The notes beneath the pieces were generated by a model. That model was not told the DNA's origin and ran no database searches. It saw only the letters and a list, made by a program, of their open reading frames with translations. From NCBI GenBank assembly GCA_041739415.1, contig JBGSNU010000025.1, forward strand, positions 130,187 to 194,186: a stretch of DNA of 64,000 bases. Direction: 5' to 3'. Position numbers and translations under genes: made by a program. Of the stretch, positions 52,232 through 61,045 are shown one piece after another (positions within the stretch are counted from its first letter, which is position 1; each line of letters opens with the position of its first letter). Source of the stretch: Bdellovibrionales bacterium. Lineage in GTDB: Bacteria > Bdellovibrionota > Bdellovibrionia > Bdellovibrionales > UBA1609.

Positions 52232-53128
52232 ATGCATAAACCTGTCTTAATGAATGAAGTTCTACAGTTCTCTAACAACCCGTTGCGCGGCGATAAGTCC
52301 CAGCCACTACAGATTCTCGATGGAACATTTGGTCGGGGAGGCCACGCACGCGCGCTGTTGCAAGAATTTCCGCAGGCGGTGTTGACCGCGCTAGATCAAG
52401 ATCTTGCGGCAGTTGAGTATGCAAGAACAGAGTTTTCAAGGGAGTTGGCAGATAAACGATTGTCGATACATCACTTTAATTTTCATGACATAAAGAACTT
52501 TCAACAGCGTCCCGCGAATGGGTTTGATCTTATCTTATTGGATCTTGGCGTCAGCTCGCCTCAACTCGATTCAGCCGAGCGTGGGTTTAGCTTTTATCAA
52601 GATGGCCCACTCGATATGCGGATGAATCAAGCCAGTGAAATGCGGGCCGCCGACATCGTTAACAACTGGACTGATGTCGAGTTGCTCGAACTTTTTCAGC
52701 GCTATGGTGAGGTGGCACGCCCACATCGGGTGGTTAGGGCCATTGTGCAAGATCGCAAAACTCAGCCCTACAAAACCACGCGCGAACTCGCGAGCTTAAT
52801 TGAGCGGGTGGAAGGTTGGCACAAAAAGGGGCATCATCCGGCCACACGATTTTTTCTGGCTCTGCGTATGGCCGTGAATCATGAGTTGTCTGGACTTGAG
52901 GCCTGTATTCCCGATATGCAGCGCCTGCTCTCTCCAACTGGCCGGTTAATTGTGATCACTTTTCACTCTCTTGAAGACCGCATCATAAAGTATGCTTTTA
53001 AAGAGGCTGTGGAGCTTGGATATCCCTTGACCAAAAAGGTGGTTATTCCTGCACGTGAGGAGATGGAGTCCAACCCCCGAGCTCGAAGTGCCAAGCTCAG
53101 AGTATTTCAACGGGAGAATCCTACATGA
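52232..53128 (+). CDS. rsmH: 16S rRNA (cytosine1402-N4)-methyltransferase RsmH/MraW
   Basis: HKPVLMNEVL, DGTFGRGGHA, DLGVSSPQLD and FHSLEDR. Confidence 0.9.
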   Translation: MHKPVLMNEVLQFSNNPLRGDKSQPLQILDGTFGRGGHARALLQEFPQAVLTALDQDLAAVEYARTEFSRELADKRLSIHHFNFHDIKNFQQRPANGFDLILLDLGVSSPQLDSAERGFSFYQDGPLDMRMNQASEMRAADIVNNWTDVELLELFQRYGEVARPHRVVRAIVQDRKTQPYKTTRELASLIERVEGWHKKGHHPATRFFLALRMAVNHELSGLEACIPDMQRLLSPTGRLIVITFHSLEDRIIKYAFKEAVELGYPLTKKVVIPAREEMESNPRARSAKLRVFQRENPT

Positions 53129-53424
53129 GTCGACTACGCGGCAGTGAATGTTTACCATTTGTCAGTGTTTTTTTATTAATAGCGACTTTATTTAGTTTGG
53201 TGTTGCTGAAGATGGAAGTTCGTCGCATGGGCTATTCAGTGCTGCGAGCCAGTCAAGAGGTGCGTAAGCTTCGAGACCATCAACGCATGATGAGTATGGA
53301 GTACGCCCATCTCACGCGACCTGAACAGATTCGAAAATATGCGATGTCTAAACTCACGCTGAACGACGCGCGCGATGGTCAAATTATCCAGCTCACTGGA
53401 CAAAAACTGGCACTGCCACAGTAG
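53125..53424 (+). CDS. ftsL: cell division protein FtsL
   Basis: 99 aa with a single TM helix followed by a coiled coil. It lies between rsmH and ftsI, with an ATGA overlap. Confidence 0.65.
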   Translation: MSRLRGSECLPFVSVFLLIATLFSLVLLKMEVRRMGYSVLRASQEVRKLRDHQRMMSMEYAHLTRPEQIRKYAMSKLTLNDARDGQIIQLTGQKLALPQ

Positions 53425-53429
53425 GGCCA

Positions 53430-55385
53430 ATGAAGAGTCGAATTCTCGTCCTGTTTTCACTTTTTTTGGTTCTTTGGGGTGCGTTGACTCTGCGAGCAGC
53501 CCGACTGCAAGTCTTTCCCGATGTGCGTTTGGAAAACCTCAAGCGCCGGCAATTTGAGACGTCCATTCAAATTCGCACACGTCGAGGCGCCATTTTGGAT
53601 CGCAATGGGCATGAATTGGCGGCGAGTGTTCCGTCCTATTCTCTTTTTGCGGATCCAAAGCTGATTCAAAATCACTGGGATGCAGCCAGTCGGTTGGCGA
53701 AAGTGCTAAAGGTGCCGAGTCGCTCCATCCGAAAGCGTCTAAAAGATAAGTCCAAACGATTTGTGTGGCTCCGGCGGCAAGTTCCGCAGTCGTTAAAGGA
53801 TACCATCTTACAATGGAAAGTGGCGGGGCTTGGCTTTATTGAAGAGCCAAAGCGAGTGTATCCCAATGGCAATTTGCTATCGCAGGTGATGGGACTGGTG
53901 GGCTCTGAGGGCAGTGGATTGGAAGGGCTCGAGCTGCAATTTGAGAAGCATTTGCAGGGTCAACTGAAACATATTTTATTGCCGAAAGATGCCCGTGGGC
54001 GTCCCCTTTTGCACGACGGTCGCTCGCTCACTGAGGTGCCCGACGGAGCCGATGTGCAGCTGACAATTGACCACGAGATGCAATTTCAAATGGAGCGCGA
54101 GTTAACCAAAGCCATCGCCCAGTTTGAGGCCATCGGCGCCACCGGAATTGTCATGGATGCACAGACTTCCGAGGTTCTCGCCATGGCCACAGTTCCAACC
54201 ATTAACCTAAACGACGGTTCGCATTTCTCGCATGAGTTGCGCCGCAACCGAGTGATAGCCGATGCATTTGAATCTGGCAGTGTGATGAAGTCCTTTGTGG
54301 TGGCCACGGCTCTGAAGGACGGTTTACTCAAGCCCAGCACTCGCTACTACTGTCACGGGGGTCGAGTCAAAATTGGTGGACACTGGATTCAAGAAGCCGA
54401 GAAAGATGAGAAATTCGAATGGCTCACGGCCAGTGAGATTTTGGCGTACTCGTCGAACGTGGGCACTGCGAAGATTGCCTTGGCCCTTGGCGATGCGCGC
54501 CTCGCCAGTGGTTTAGCCGATTTTGGCTTTGGTGCAAAATCTGGGTTGGAGTTGCCAGGTGAGGCCCGGGGAATCGTAAACCCCTTGCCCTGGCGCCCGC
54601 ATCTGTTGGCTAATATTTCCTTCGGGCATGGGATCGCTGTAACCTCACTCCAAGTTGCCAATGCCTATACAGCGATTGCCAATGGGGGCGTGTTGCGAAA
54701 GCCGATTCTGGTCAAGGCGATTCGACCCCACGGTGGAGCTGAGCCAATAGAGTTTCAGGCTGAGGACGTGCGGCGCATCCTCACCCCCTCGCAGGCCTCC
54801 ACCATGCGGTTGATGTTGGCGGGCGCCACCAGTGAAAAATCGACGGGAGCCAAAGCGCGAGTGCCCGGATATTTTGTGGCCGGCAAAACGGGGACAGCAC
54901 AAAAGGTCGATCCGATCAAGGGTGGGTATATAAAAAATGGATACATATCGAGCTTCGCTGGATTTCTCCCTGCCGACAATCCGCGCTACGTGATTTATGT
55001 GACCATTGACAGTCCACAAAATGGCTACTACGGCTCGCAGCTGGCAGCGCCTGTGTTTGCGCGAGTGGCCCAGTATTTGGTGCGGCGGGCGGGAGTGGCG
55101 CCAGCACAAATATCTCAATCCAATGTGATTGGGACCGAGGTGCGACGGAGTCGCTTGCAAGCGCAAGCCATTCGAGAGCTTAAGCGAATGAACTCCGATA
55201 CAGCGGCGAATGTGTTTCCAGACCTGCTCGGGCTGACTTTGCGTGAGGCCCTCCGCCGCATGGAAAATCGAGCGAACAAAGTGGATGTGCGCGGACATGG
55301 CGTGGTGGTGCGAACGGTTCCACAGGCCGGTACGCCGTCTTCTCCAAAGACTCGCGTCACTTTGGTTTTAGAAAATCCAGACTAA
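53430..55385 (+). CDS. ftsI: peptidoglycan D,D-transpeptidase FtsI (PBP3) with C-terminal PASTA-like domain
   Basis: SxxK (GSVMKSF), SxN (YSSNVG) and KTG (GKTGTAQ), with an N-terminal TM anchor. Confidence 0.85.
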   Translation: MKSRILVLFSLFLVLWGALTLRAARLQVFPDVRLENLKRRQFETSIQIRTRRGAILDRNGHELAASVPSYSLFADPKLIQNHWDAASRLAKVLKVPSRSIRKRLKDKSKRFVWLRRQVPQSLKDTILQWKVAGLGFIEEPKRVYPNGNLLSQVMGLVGSEGSGLEGLELQFEKHLQGQLKHILLPKDARGRPLLHDGRSLTEVPDGADVQLTIDHEMQFQMERELTKAIAQFEAIGATGIVMDAQTSEVLAMATVPTINLNDGSHFSHELRRNRVIADAFESGSVMKSFVVATALKDGLLKPSTRYYCHGGRVKIGGHWIQEAEKDEKFEWLTASEILAYSSNVGTAKIALALGDARLASGLADFGFGAKSGLELPGEARGIVNPLPWRPHLLANISFGHGIAVTSLQVANAYTAIANGGVLRKPILVKAIRPHGGAEPIEFQAEDVRRILTPSQASTMRLMLAGATSEKSTGAKARVPGYFVAGKTGTAQKVDPIKGGYIKNGYISSFAGFLPADNPRYVIYVTIDSPQNGYYGSQLAAPVFARVAQYLVRRAGVAPAQISQSNVIGTEVRRSRLQAQAIRELKRMNSDTAANVFPDLLGLTLREALRRMENRANKVDVRGHGVVVRTVPQAGTPSSPKTRVTLVLENPD

Positions 55386-55406
55386 GCTTTGGATAAATAG
55401 GAGCCG

Positions 55407-56918
55407 ATGAAAGTTGCCCAGTTGTTTTCTATTTTTAGCCAGCTGCAGTGGGGCGATGCTTCCGAGTTGGACGTGCTTCAACTGACTCAAGACTCACGAC
55501 GAGTGACTCCCGGCACAGTGTTTGTGGCGATCCGGGGGACGACGATTGATGGTCACGCGTATTTGTCAAAGGTGGTCGAACAAGGGGCGATAGCCTTAGT
55601 CGTTGAGGACTCGTCAAAGGTTCCTCAAGCCTTCAAAGGGGCAGTGGTCAAAGTTGAATCGACACGGTTGGCCTTGGACCGATTGGCGCAGCGTTTGAAC
55701 GGCAATCCCGCAGCAGGTTTGTTTTGCATCGGTGTAACTGGCACCAATGGCAAGACCACTGTGACCTATATGATCGAAAAGATTCTTGCCACATTCGGCT
55801 GGCCCACTGGAATTTTGGGTACGATTGATCACCACTTGGGCGACCAGTGCTGGCCAAGTTCGCTCACCACTCCAGACCCGTTGACGTTGCAAAGTCGCTT
55901 GCGGGATTTTGTCGACTTAGGCGCACAAGCCGCCGCCTTTGAAGTGTCCTCACACGCGCTGTCTCAGGCCCGGGTCGATAGTTTGCCCTTTGCTGTTGCA
56001 ATCTTCACCAACTTCACCCGGGATCATCTCGATTACCATCAGACGATGGAGGCGTATTTTCAGGCGAAGGAGCGCCTCTTCTTTGAACTCTTGGGGCAGA
56101 ACTCTCCGACTGCGGTCGCGATCTTAAACGGCGACGACCCCTGGGTGCGCAAGACCCGAGTGCGCGAGGGAGTGACGACCTGGTGGTTTGGCAAAGACGC
56201 TGAAGACTGTGAGTTTAAGTTTAAAGTCGTGAGCGAGAGCTTAATGCGATCCGTGTTTGACCTCAGCACACCATTTGGTGAGTGCCAAGTGACGCTTCCC
56301 GCGCCCGGAGCACACAACATTTACAATGCCGTCGCCGCCATTGCCGTGGGTTGTGCCTGTGGCGTATCGCTCGAGACCTCTAGCAAAGCCTTGGCTGCAT
56401 TTTATGGTGCCCCTGGCCGACTCGAGCAAGTGGTGAATGCAAGAGGTCTGTATATTTTTGTAGATTACGCGCACACGGATGATGCGCTACGCACCGTCGG
56501 CACGGCCCTGCGAGCCAGTCAGAAGTCTCTCGCTTCTCACACGCACTCGATGGGTCGAATTCTCACGGTGTTTGGTTGCGGAGGCGATCGCGACCGAGGC
56601 AAGCGACCACTGATGGCAAAAGCAGCCACTGAATTTTCAGATCTTGTCGTTTTGACTTCAGACAATCCACGCAGCGAAGACCCAAGGCAGATCCTGGCAG
56701 ACGTGCGCCGTGGAGTTCCGCTCGATTGGCACGGACAAGTGATTGAAGAGGTGGACCGGCGGAAAGCACTGTCGATTGCCTTGCAAACGGCGCGTGAAGG
56801 TGATGTGATTTTAATCGCCGGTAAGGGACATGAGGACTATCAAATTATTGGAGATCAGCGACTGAATTTTTCAGACAAACTCGTCGTTGAAGACCTATTG
56901 CGGGAGAAGCTAGCTTGA
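55407..56918 (+). CDS. murE: UDP-MurNAc-L-Ala-D-Glu:meso-DAP ligase MurE
   Basis: GVTGTNGKTT and the DNPRSEDP motif. Confidence 0.9.
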   Translation: MKVAQLFSIFSQLQWGDASELDVLQLTQDSRRVTPGTVFVAIRGTTIDGHAYLSKVVEQGAIALVVEDSSKVPQAFKGAVVKVESTRLALDRLAQRLNGNPAAGLFCIGVTGTNGKTTVTYMIEKILATFGWPTGILGTIDHHLGDQCWPSSLTTPDPLTLQSRLRDFVDLGAQAAAFEVSSHALSQARVDSLPFAVAIFTNFTRDHLDYHQTMEAYFQAKERLFFELLGQNSPTAVAILNGDDPWVRKTRVREGVTTWWFGKDAEDCEFKFKVVSESLMRSVFDLSTPFGECQVTLPAPGAHNIYNAVAAIAVGCACGVSLETSSKALAAFYGAPGRLEQVVNARGLYIFVDYAHTDDALRTVGTALRASQKSLASHTHSMGRILTVFGCGGDRDRGKRPLMAKAATEFSDLVVLTSDNPRSEDPRQILADVRRGVPLDWHGQVIEEVDRRKALSIALQTAREGDVILIAGKGHEDYQIIGDQRLNFSDKLVVEDLLREKLA

Positions 56919-58348
56919 GTGGTGGCGGAGAGACAATGGGCTGGACGTGCAGCCTACAAGATTTGGTGAGTGCCACTCAAGGTGCGCTCTTGTCGCAGCC
57001 ACACCTGGAGTTTAGTCGTGTCGGTACAGACTCTCGTCAGAGTCTCACCGGTCGCCTTTTTATTCCACTTAAGGGCGATAGTTTTGATGGTCATAATTTT
57101 GTTGAAGCCGCTATTGCTAAGGGAGCTCGGGTGATTCTGGTGCACGAGTGGCGAGCGGCGTGGGATCCACTCCTTAGCCAAGCGAGCTTTGTGAGGGTCG
57201 CGGATACTTTGCAAGGCTTGCAATCCTTCGCGCAGTTTTGGCGGCGGAAGATGGCCTTTAAAGTTTTGGCCGTGACGGGATCAAACGGCAAAACGTCGAC
57301 CAAAGAATTTACGCACACCCTAGTCGCTTCGCACATACCAGCCTTTGCCAGTCGAGGCAGTTTTAACAATCACTGGGGCGTTCCATTGTCCATCCTCGAG
57401 GCGGGGCGTGAGCATAAAATTTTAATTCTAGAGATGGGAATGAATCATAGCGGAGAGATTCAGCGCCTGTGTGAAATTGCCGAGCCCGATGTGGTCGCAG
57501 TGACAACTGTGGGGCGAGCCCATTTGGGTGAACTCGGATCGCAGCAAAAAGTCGCAGAGGCCAAAGAGGAGATTTATCTCACGGCACCAAAGGCGCTCCA
57601 CATTTTTAATATGGACAATGAATGGACCATGCGCATGCAGGCCCGCTCGCAATCGCAGCAAATCACCTTCTCATCTTTTCGGCCACAGGTCGACGTGCAC
57701 ATGCGCGCTCAACGTTTAAGTTGGGAAGGGCTGGATGTTGTCGGGCGGATCCAAAACGTCAAGGGGCAGACGTGGGTGCATGTCTTTGGCCGTCACAACA
57801 CAAACAATCTGATGTGCGCTTCGGCACTGGCGCTCGCTGCGGGATTGACCCCAGAGCAAGTTTGGAACGGGCTCGCCCGTATTCATGATTCGGCTTGGGG
57901 TCGCAATCAGTTGGTGAAGCTTACCAATGGCACGCGCGTGCTGTTTGATGGCTACAATGCCAATCCCGACAGCATGCAGGCCTTGCTGAAAAATCTGTAT
58001 GAGATGGACGTCGACGGCCGGAAGTTTTTAGTGATTGGAGATATGTTGGAGCTCGGAGAGTTCTCCGAGCAAGCGCACGAAGAGGCGGGTGAACGAGCCG
58101 GCGCCGTCGATTTCAAATCCATTTGGTACATTGGAAACTCAGCGAGTGCCTTCTTGCGTGGTTTAAAAAAGGCCGGCAGTTCAAGTGAGTTTTGTTCGAG
58201 CACAAAATTTGATCCAGCTATTTCTGCAAAAATGCTAGGGTCATTTTCAGCTGGGGACTTGGTGGCGGTGAAAGCCTCCCGCGGCACGCATTTAGAGGAT
58301 GTTGTGCTGAGTTGGCCGCTAGCTGAGCCACTAGGGACTAAGCCTTAA
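56915..58348 (+). CDS. murF: UDP-MurNAc-tripeptide:D-Ala-D-Ala ligase MurF
   Basis: AVTGSNGKTSTKE and dcw position. ATG at 56936 is an alternative start. Confidence 0.85.
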   Translation: MSGGGETMGWTCSLQDLVSATQGALLSQPHLEFSRVGTDSRQSLTGRLFIPLKGDSFDGHNFVEAAIAKGARVILVHEWRAAWDPLLSQASFVRVADTLQGLQSFAQFWRRKMAFKVLAVTGSNGKTSTKEFTHTLVASHIPAFASRGSFNNHWGVPLSILEAGREHKILILEMGMNHSGEIQRLCEIAEPDVVAVTTVGRAHLGELGSQQKVAEAKEEIYLTAPKALHIFNMDNEWTMRMQARSQSQQITFSSFRPQVDVHMRAQRLSWEGLDVVGRIQNVKGQTWVHVFGRHNTNNLMCASALALAAGLTPEQVWNGLARIHDSAWGRNQLVKLTNGTRVLFDGYNANPDSMQALLKNLYEMDVDGRKFLVIGDMLELGEFSEQAHEEAGERAGAVDFKSIWYIGNSASAFLRGLKKAGSSSEFCSSTKFDPAISAKMLGSFSAGDLVAVKASRGTHLEDVVLSWPLAEPLGTKP

Positions 58349-58367
58349 ATTTTAACGGGAGACATCT

Positions 58368-59444
58368 TTGATTTATCAACTTTTGTTTGAACAGGCTCAT
58401 CACTTCTCTGGGCTCAACGTTTTTCGCTACATCACCTTTCGCACATTCTTGTCATTTTTCACGGCCTTTCTAGTGTGTTGGGCGCTTGGGCCGTACTTCA
58501 TTCAGCATTTGCGCCGCAGGCATTTTGGACAGAGCATTCGCGATGATGGTCCGCAGTCTCACAAGAAAAAGCAGGGCACGCCGACGATGGGTGGTGGATT
58601 GATTCTGCTCGGAGTGGCAGTGCCAACTGTTTTGTGGATCGATATTCAGAGTGCTTTGGTGTGGGGAGTTCTAATTGTAATGTTTGGCTTTGGCTTGATT
58701 GGCTACTGGGATGACAGCCTAAAGGTCAGCAAGCGCAATCCAAAGGGAGTGTCTGGAAAGGTACGGCTCCTGGGTGAATTTTCGATTGCGGCGGGAGTCT
58801 TGGCCTACCTGATCTACTTTGGCCATATTCCGACAGCGGTGACCGTGCCGTTCTTTAAAGACGTCCATTGGGACATAGGCTGGTGGTATGTGGCGTTTGG
58901 CTCGCTCGTAGTGGTGGGCTGCGCCAATGCGGTGAATTTAACCGATGGGTTAGATGGTCTGGCTATTGTTCCAGTGATGATCTCGGCGGCGACATTGATG
59001 CTATTTGCCTATTTGGCAGGCCATGCGAGGATCTCTGAATATCTTGATATCCCTTATATACAAGGTGCGGGCGAGCTCTGCCCTTTGGCGGGGGCCGTCA
59101 TAGCGGCAGGAATGGGATTCCTCTGGTACAACTCTTATCCCGCTCAGGTCTTCATGGGCGATGTGGGCAGCCTCTCTCTGGGAGGTTTTTTGGGAATCGT
59201 GGCGGTCATTAGTCAAAATGAGCTTTTGTTGGTGGTATTGGGTGGCGTCTTCGTGGTAGAAGCGTTGTCCGTGATATCACAAGTCATTTCGTTTAAACTG
59301 ACAGGGCGCCGGATTTTTAAAATGGCACCTATACACCATCACTATGAACTTTTGGGACTCGATGAGACCAAAATCATCGTGCGCTTTTGGATCATTTCGA
59401 TCCTACTTGCTGTGTTGTCAGTTGCGACGCTGAAACTGCGCTAA
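58368..59444 (+). CDS. mraY: phospho-MurNAc-pentapeptide translocase MraY
   Basis: [23 protein letters not shown] and PIHHHYE. 10-TM layout. TTG start. Confidence 0.9.
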   Translation: MIYQLLFEQAHHFSGLNVFRYITFRTFLSFFTAFLVCWALGPYFIQHLRRRHFGQSIRDDGPQSHKKKQGTPTMGGGLILLGVAVPTVLWIDIQSALVWGVLIVMFGFGLIGYWDDSLKVSKRNPKGVSGKVRLLGEFSIAAGVLAYLIYFGHIPTAVTVPFFKDVHWDIGWWYVAFGSLVVVGCANAVNLTDGLDGLAIVPVMISAATLMLFAYLAGHARISEYLDIPYIQGAGELCPLAGAVIAAGMGFLWYNSYPAQVFMGDVGSLSLGGFLGIVAVISQNELLLVVLGGVFVVEALSVISQVISFKLTGRRIFKMAPIHHHYELLGLDETKIIVRFWIISILLAVLSVATLKLR

Positions 59445-59463
59445 GTCGTAGAAAGAGGTTGCA

Positions 59464-60846
59464 ATGGAGCTGTCGGAACTCAAAGACAAACGTATCTTGA
59501 TTGTTGGATTGGCCAAGACGGGTGTTTCACTCGCTGCCTTTCTCTCCCGCAATGGTGCGGCCGTCACCATCAGCGACCACAAGTCTAAGGCTGAGCTCTC
59601 GGGTCACCTTGAAAAATTAGAAGGCATGAATGTCACGCTCGAGCTGGGAGGTCACACGCCGAAGACCTTTTTGAATCAAGATCTCATCGTTTTGAGTCCC
59701 GGCGTTCCACCTCATTTAAAGATTTTTGATTATGCTCGCAGCCAGGGTGTAAGCGTCACGGGTGAGCTGGAGTTTTGCGCGCAGTTTATTCCTGAGCCCA
59801 TTATCGCTGTCACTGGTACAAATGGCAAAACCACCACCACACATTTGATTCATACGTTCTTAGTGGAGAGCGGCGTGCGGTCTTGGATTGGTGGCAACAT
59901 TGGTGAGCCCCTGAGTGATTACTTGCTCAAAGGACAAAAAGCTGACGTGCTGATTGTCGAAGTTTCGAGCTTTATGCTGGAGCACGTGCAGAAGTTTGCA
60001 CCTAAAAATATCGTGTTTATGAATTTGGCAGAAAACCATCTCGATCGCTACCGCGCGATGGAAGAGTATGTAAATGCCAAACGCAAAGTGTTTTTAAACA
60101 CCAATCAAGGCACGACCAGCATCTTGAACGCGGATGACAATGCTGTAGTCGAGTTGGCGCGTGATCCAATGGTGCAGCGGGGCCGGATCTTTTACTTCTC
60201 TCGCAAGCCGTCGCTTGAGCCGCAGATTATGAATATCGGTGGTGCTGTCACAATCAAAAATCAAGTGCGAGTGCGCACCGGTCCTGAGATTGAGTACTAC
60301 TCCGTTGAAAATACCAAAATGCGGGGCAAGCACTCCCATGAAAATCTTATGGCCGCCATTTTGGCTGCGCGCGAGCACGGCGCCAAACACGAGGCCATTC
60401 AGCGCGTGATCGACACTTACAAAGGTATGCCCCACCGCTTAGAGTACGTGCGCAAGGTTGGCGGCGTTGAGTTCTACAACGATTCAAAGGCAACCAACGT
60501 CCACGCCGTGTTGCGGGCCTTGGACTCCTTCGAAGAGAACATCATTTTGATTATGGGTGGCAAAGAGACCAATCTCAACTATGTGCCGTTGCGGGATAAA
60601 ATTCAGCGCAAGGTGAAGACGTTGATTTTGGTGGGTGAGGCCAAAGAGCGCATCAACCGCGACATCGGTGATTACAGCGAAACATTTTTGATTGGTACTT
60701 TTGAAGAGGCCGTGTTGATCGCTTATCAAAAGTCTCGCATTGCCGACACTGTGCTGCTCTCGCCCGGCGCTTCGAGCTTCGATATGTTCGACAGCTATGT
60801 CGAGCGCGGCAATTACTTCAAAGAAATCATCAATAAGTTTAAATAG
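59464..60846 (+). CDS. murD: UDP-MurNAc-L-Ala:D-Glu ligase MurD
   Basis: N-terminal Rossmann motif VGLAKTGVS, and AVTGTNGKTTT. Confidence 0.9.
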   Translation: MELSELKDKRILIVGLAKTGVSLAAFLSRNGAAVTISDHKSKAELSGHLEKLEGMNVTLELGGHTPKTFLNQDLIVLSPGVPPHLKIFDYARSQGVSVTGELEFCAQFIPEPIIAVTGTNGKTTTTHLIHTFLVESGVRSWIGGNIGEPLSDYLLKGQKADVLIVEVSSFMLEHVQKFAPKNIVFMNLAENHLDRYRAMEEYVNAKRKVFLNTNQGTTSILNADDNAVVELARDPMVQRGRIFYFSRKPSLEPQIMNIGGAVTIKNQVRVRTGPEIEYYSVENTKMRGKHSHENLMAAILAAREHGAKHEAIQRVIDTYKGMPHRLEYVRKVGGVEFYNDSKATNVHAVLRALDSFEENIILIMGGKETNLNYVPLRDKIQRKVKTLILVGEAKERINRDIGDYSETFLIGTFEEAVLIAYQKSRIADTVLLSPGASSFDMFDSYVERGNYFKEIINKFK

Positions 60847-60851
60847 TGTCT

Positions 60852-60876
60852 GGTTCAAATCCTAGGCGGTGCACCA
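60852..60876 (+). other. tRNA 3'-end-like fragment (T-loop, 3' T-stem, 3' acceptor strand, discriminator, CCA)
   Basis: GG TTCAAAT CCTAG GCGGTGC A CCA has exactly the spacing of tRNA positions 52-76. No matching 5' half exists: the expected GCACCGC and CTAGG partners are absent upstream, which is the murD 3' end. Confidence 0.4.
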
Positions 60877-60920
60877 TGCAAAGCCCACTTGGACCCTAAA
60901 TCCTTGTCATCGTTGAAAAA

Positions 60921-60940
60921 CGCGCGTGGGTTCTCGCGCG
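60921..60940. terminator. GC hairpin between convergent murD and the serine-hydrolase gene
   Basis: CGCGCG (60921-60926) / CGCGCG (60935-60940) with an 8-nt loop. It is flanked by AAAAA on the left and CCGTTTGATT on the right. Confidence 0.4.
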
Positions 60941-61045
60941 CCGTTTGATTCTCGGAAAAGTTAAGGAGTGAATCTTGATCAATTGAGCGCGTCGAAAATT
61001 CGGAGCGCTTCAAACCTCAGTGATAGGTGACCACTTGGTATTGAG

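Noticed and set aside
60801-60876. A complete tRNA gene ending at the CCA at 60874-60876.
   Set aside because: The 5' acceptor strand (GCACCGC) and 5' T-stem (CTAGG) partners are absent, and the upstream sequence is the murD coding end. Only a 3' fragment is present.
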